From the NCBI GenBank assembly GCA_019828565.1, contig JAHDYR010000012.1, forward strand, positions 930,001 through 994,000: 64,000 nt of DNA, in the 5' to 3' direction. The DNA is from Carpediemonas membranifera BICM (taxonomy: Eukaryota; Protista; Fornicata). Each line of letters opens with the position of its first letter. The first letter of the stretch is position 1. The position numbers and the translations under genes were made by a program. Positions 63,714-64,000 of the stretch are shown piece after piece. The notes beneath the pieces are model-generated. The model worked only from the letters and a program-made list of their open reading frames with translations, was not told the DNA's origin and did no database searches.

Positions 63714-64000
63714 ATGTCGGCAGCTCGTTTGAACATAGATGGGAGCTCAGATCCGTCTTATCGTTACAAGATGGACGCTTTGGAGACCCACCAGCGTGGC
63801 CGTGGCAACGGTAGCTGGACCAGTCTCACCAATCTCGATAAGGTGGCCATGGATTTGAAGATAGACGTCGATTTCCTCTTCAAGTTCTTTAGTTTCTTCC
63901 TTGATACCGCTACAAAGATCACTGACAAGACCCTCGAGCTGAACGGCCACCACGAGAAGGCAGACCTTCAGGCCGCGCTCCAAGTCTTCATCAGGCGCTT
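63714..64000 (+). CDS. eIF5: Translation initiation factor eIF5 (N-terminal part; runs off the window)
   Basis: My translation reads MSAARLNIDGSSDPSYRYKMDALETHQRGRGNGSWTSLTNLDKVA...LELNGHHEKADLQAALQVFIRR. It contains D.xYRYKM, GxGNG and NGxH; it is not in the ORF track. Confidence 0.88.
   Translation, partial: MSAARLNIDGSSDPSYRYKMDALETHQRGRGNGSWTSLTNLDKVAMDLKIDVDFLFKFFSFFLDTATKITDKTLELNGHHEKADLQAALQVFIRR

Noticed and set aside
63747-63983. Minus-strand 78-aa ORF
   Set aside because: It is antisense to eIF5.

Overview
Eukaryotic (protist-like) DNA with two very different halves. Positions 1-33.3 kb are a nest of mobile elements inside a ~1.9-kb tandem array. They contain a rearranged Helitron/Helentron-type element (HUH Rep on the minus strand at 1-987; PIF1 helicase C-terminus plus OTU-like protease on the plus strand at 6.7-8.9 kb; probable 3' end near 13.8 kb) and two near-identical copies of a 3.76-kb non-coding TIR element. 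They also contain two different Ty3/gypsy LTR retrotransposons (one truncated, one complete with a chromodomain and 93-bp LTRs), a tyrosine-recombinase retrotransposon with split direct repeats, and 5+ tandem copies of the 3' part of an ankyrin gene. Positions 32.5-64 kb are gene-dense and apparently intronless: ankyrin, MADS-box, Aha1-N, CHY/RING, FG-GAP, Hook-like, USP, MORN, Rpp40-like, CC2D1-like, CAP, a degenerate PDE, DOC-BTB, a 3.2-kb inverted duplication of an ALDH16-type gene, and the start of eIF5. The best candidate for something new is that both gypsy elements lack a tRNA primer-binding site. Each instead has a perfect 10-nt palindrome, GAA-N4-TTC with a different core, abutting the 5' LTR, which suggests a tRNA-independent priming mechanism. 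Also notable are the YR element sitting inside a tRNA-like sequence and a cluster of GCGNAGC mini-hairpins in the Helitron. Several frameshifts fall in homopolymers and are probably sequencing errors. Protein family calls come from motif recognition by eye, not from database searches.
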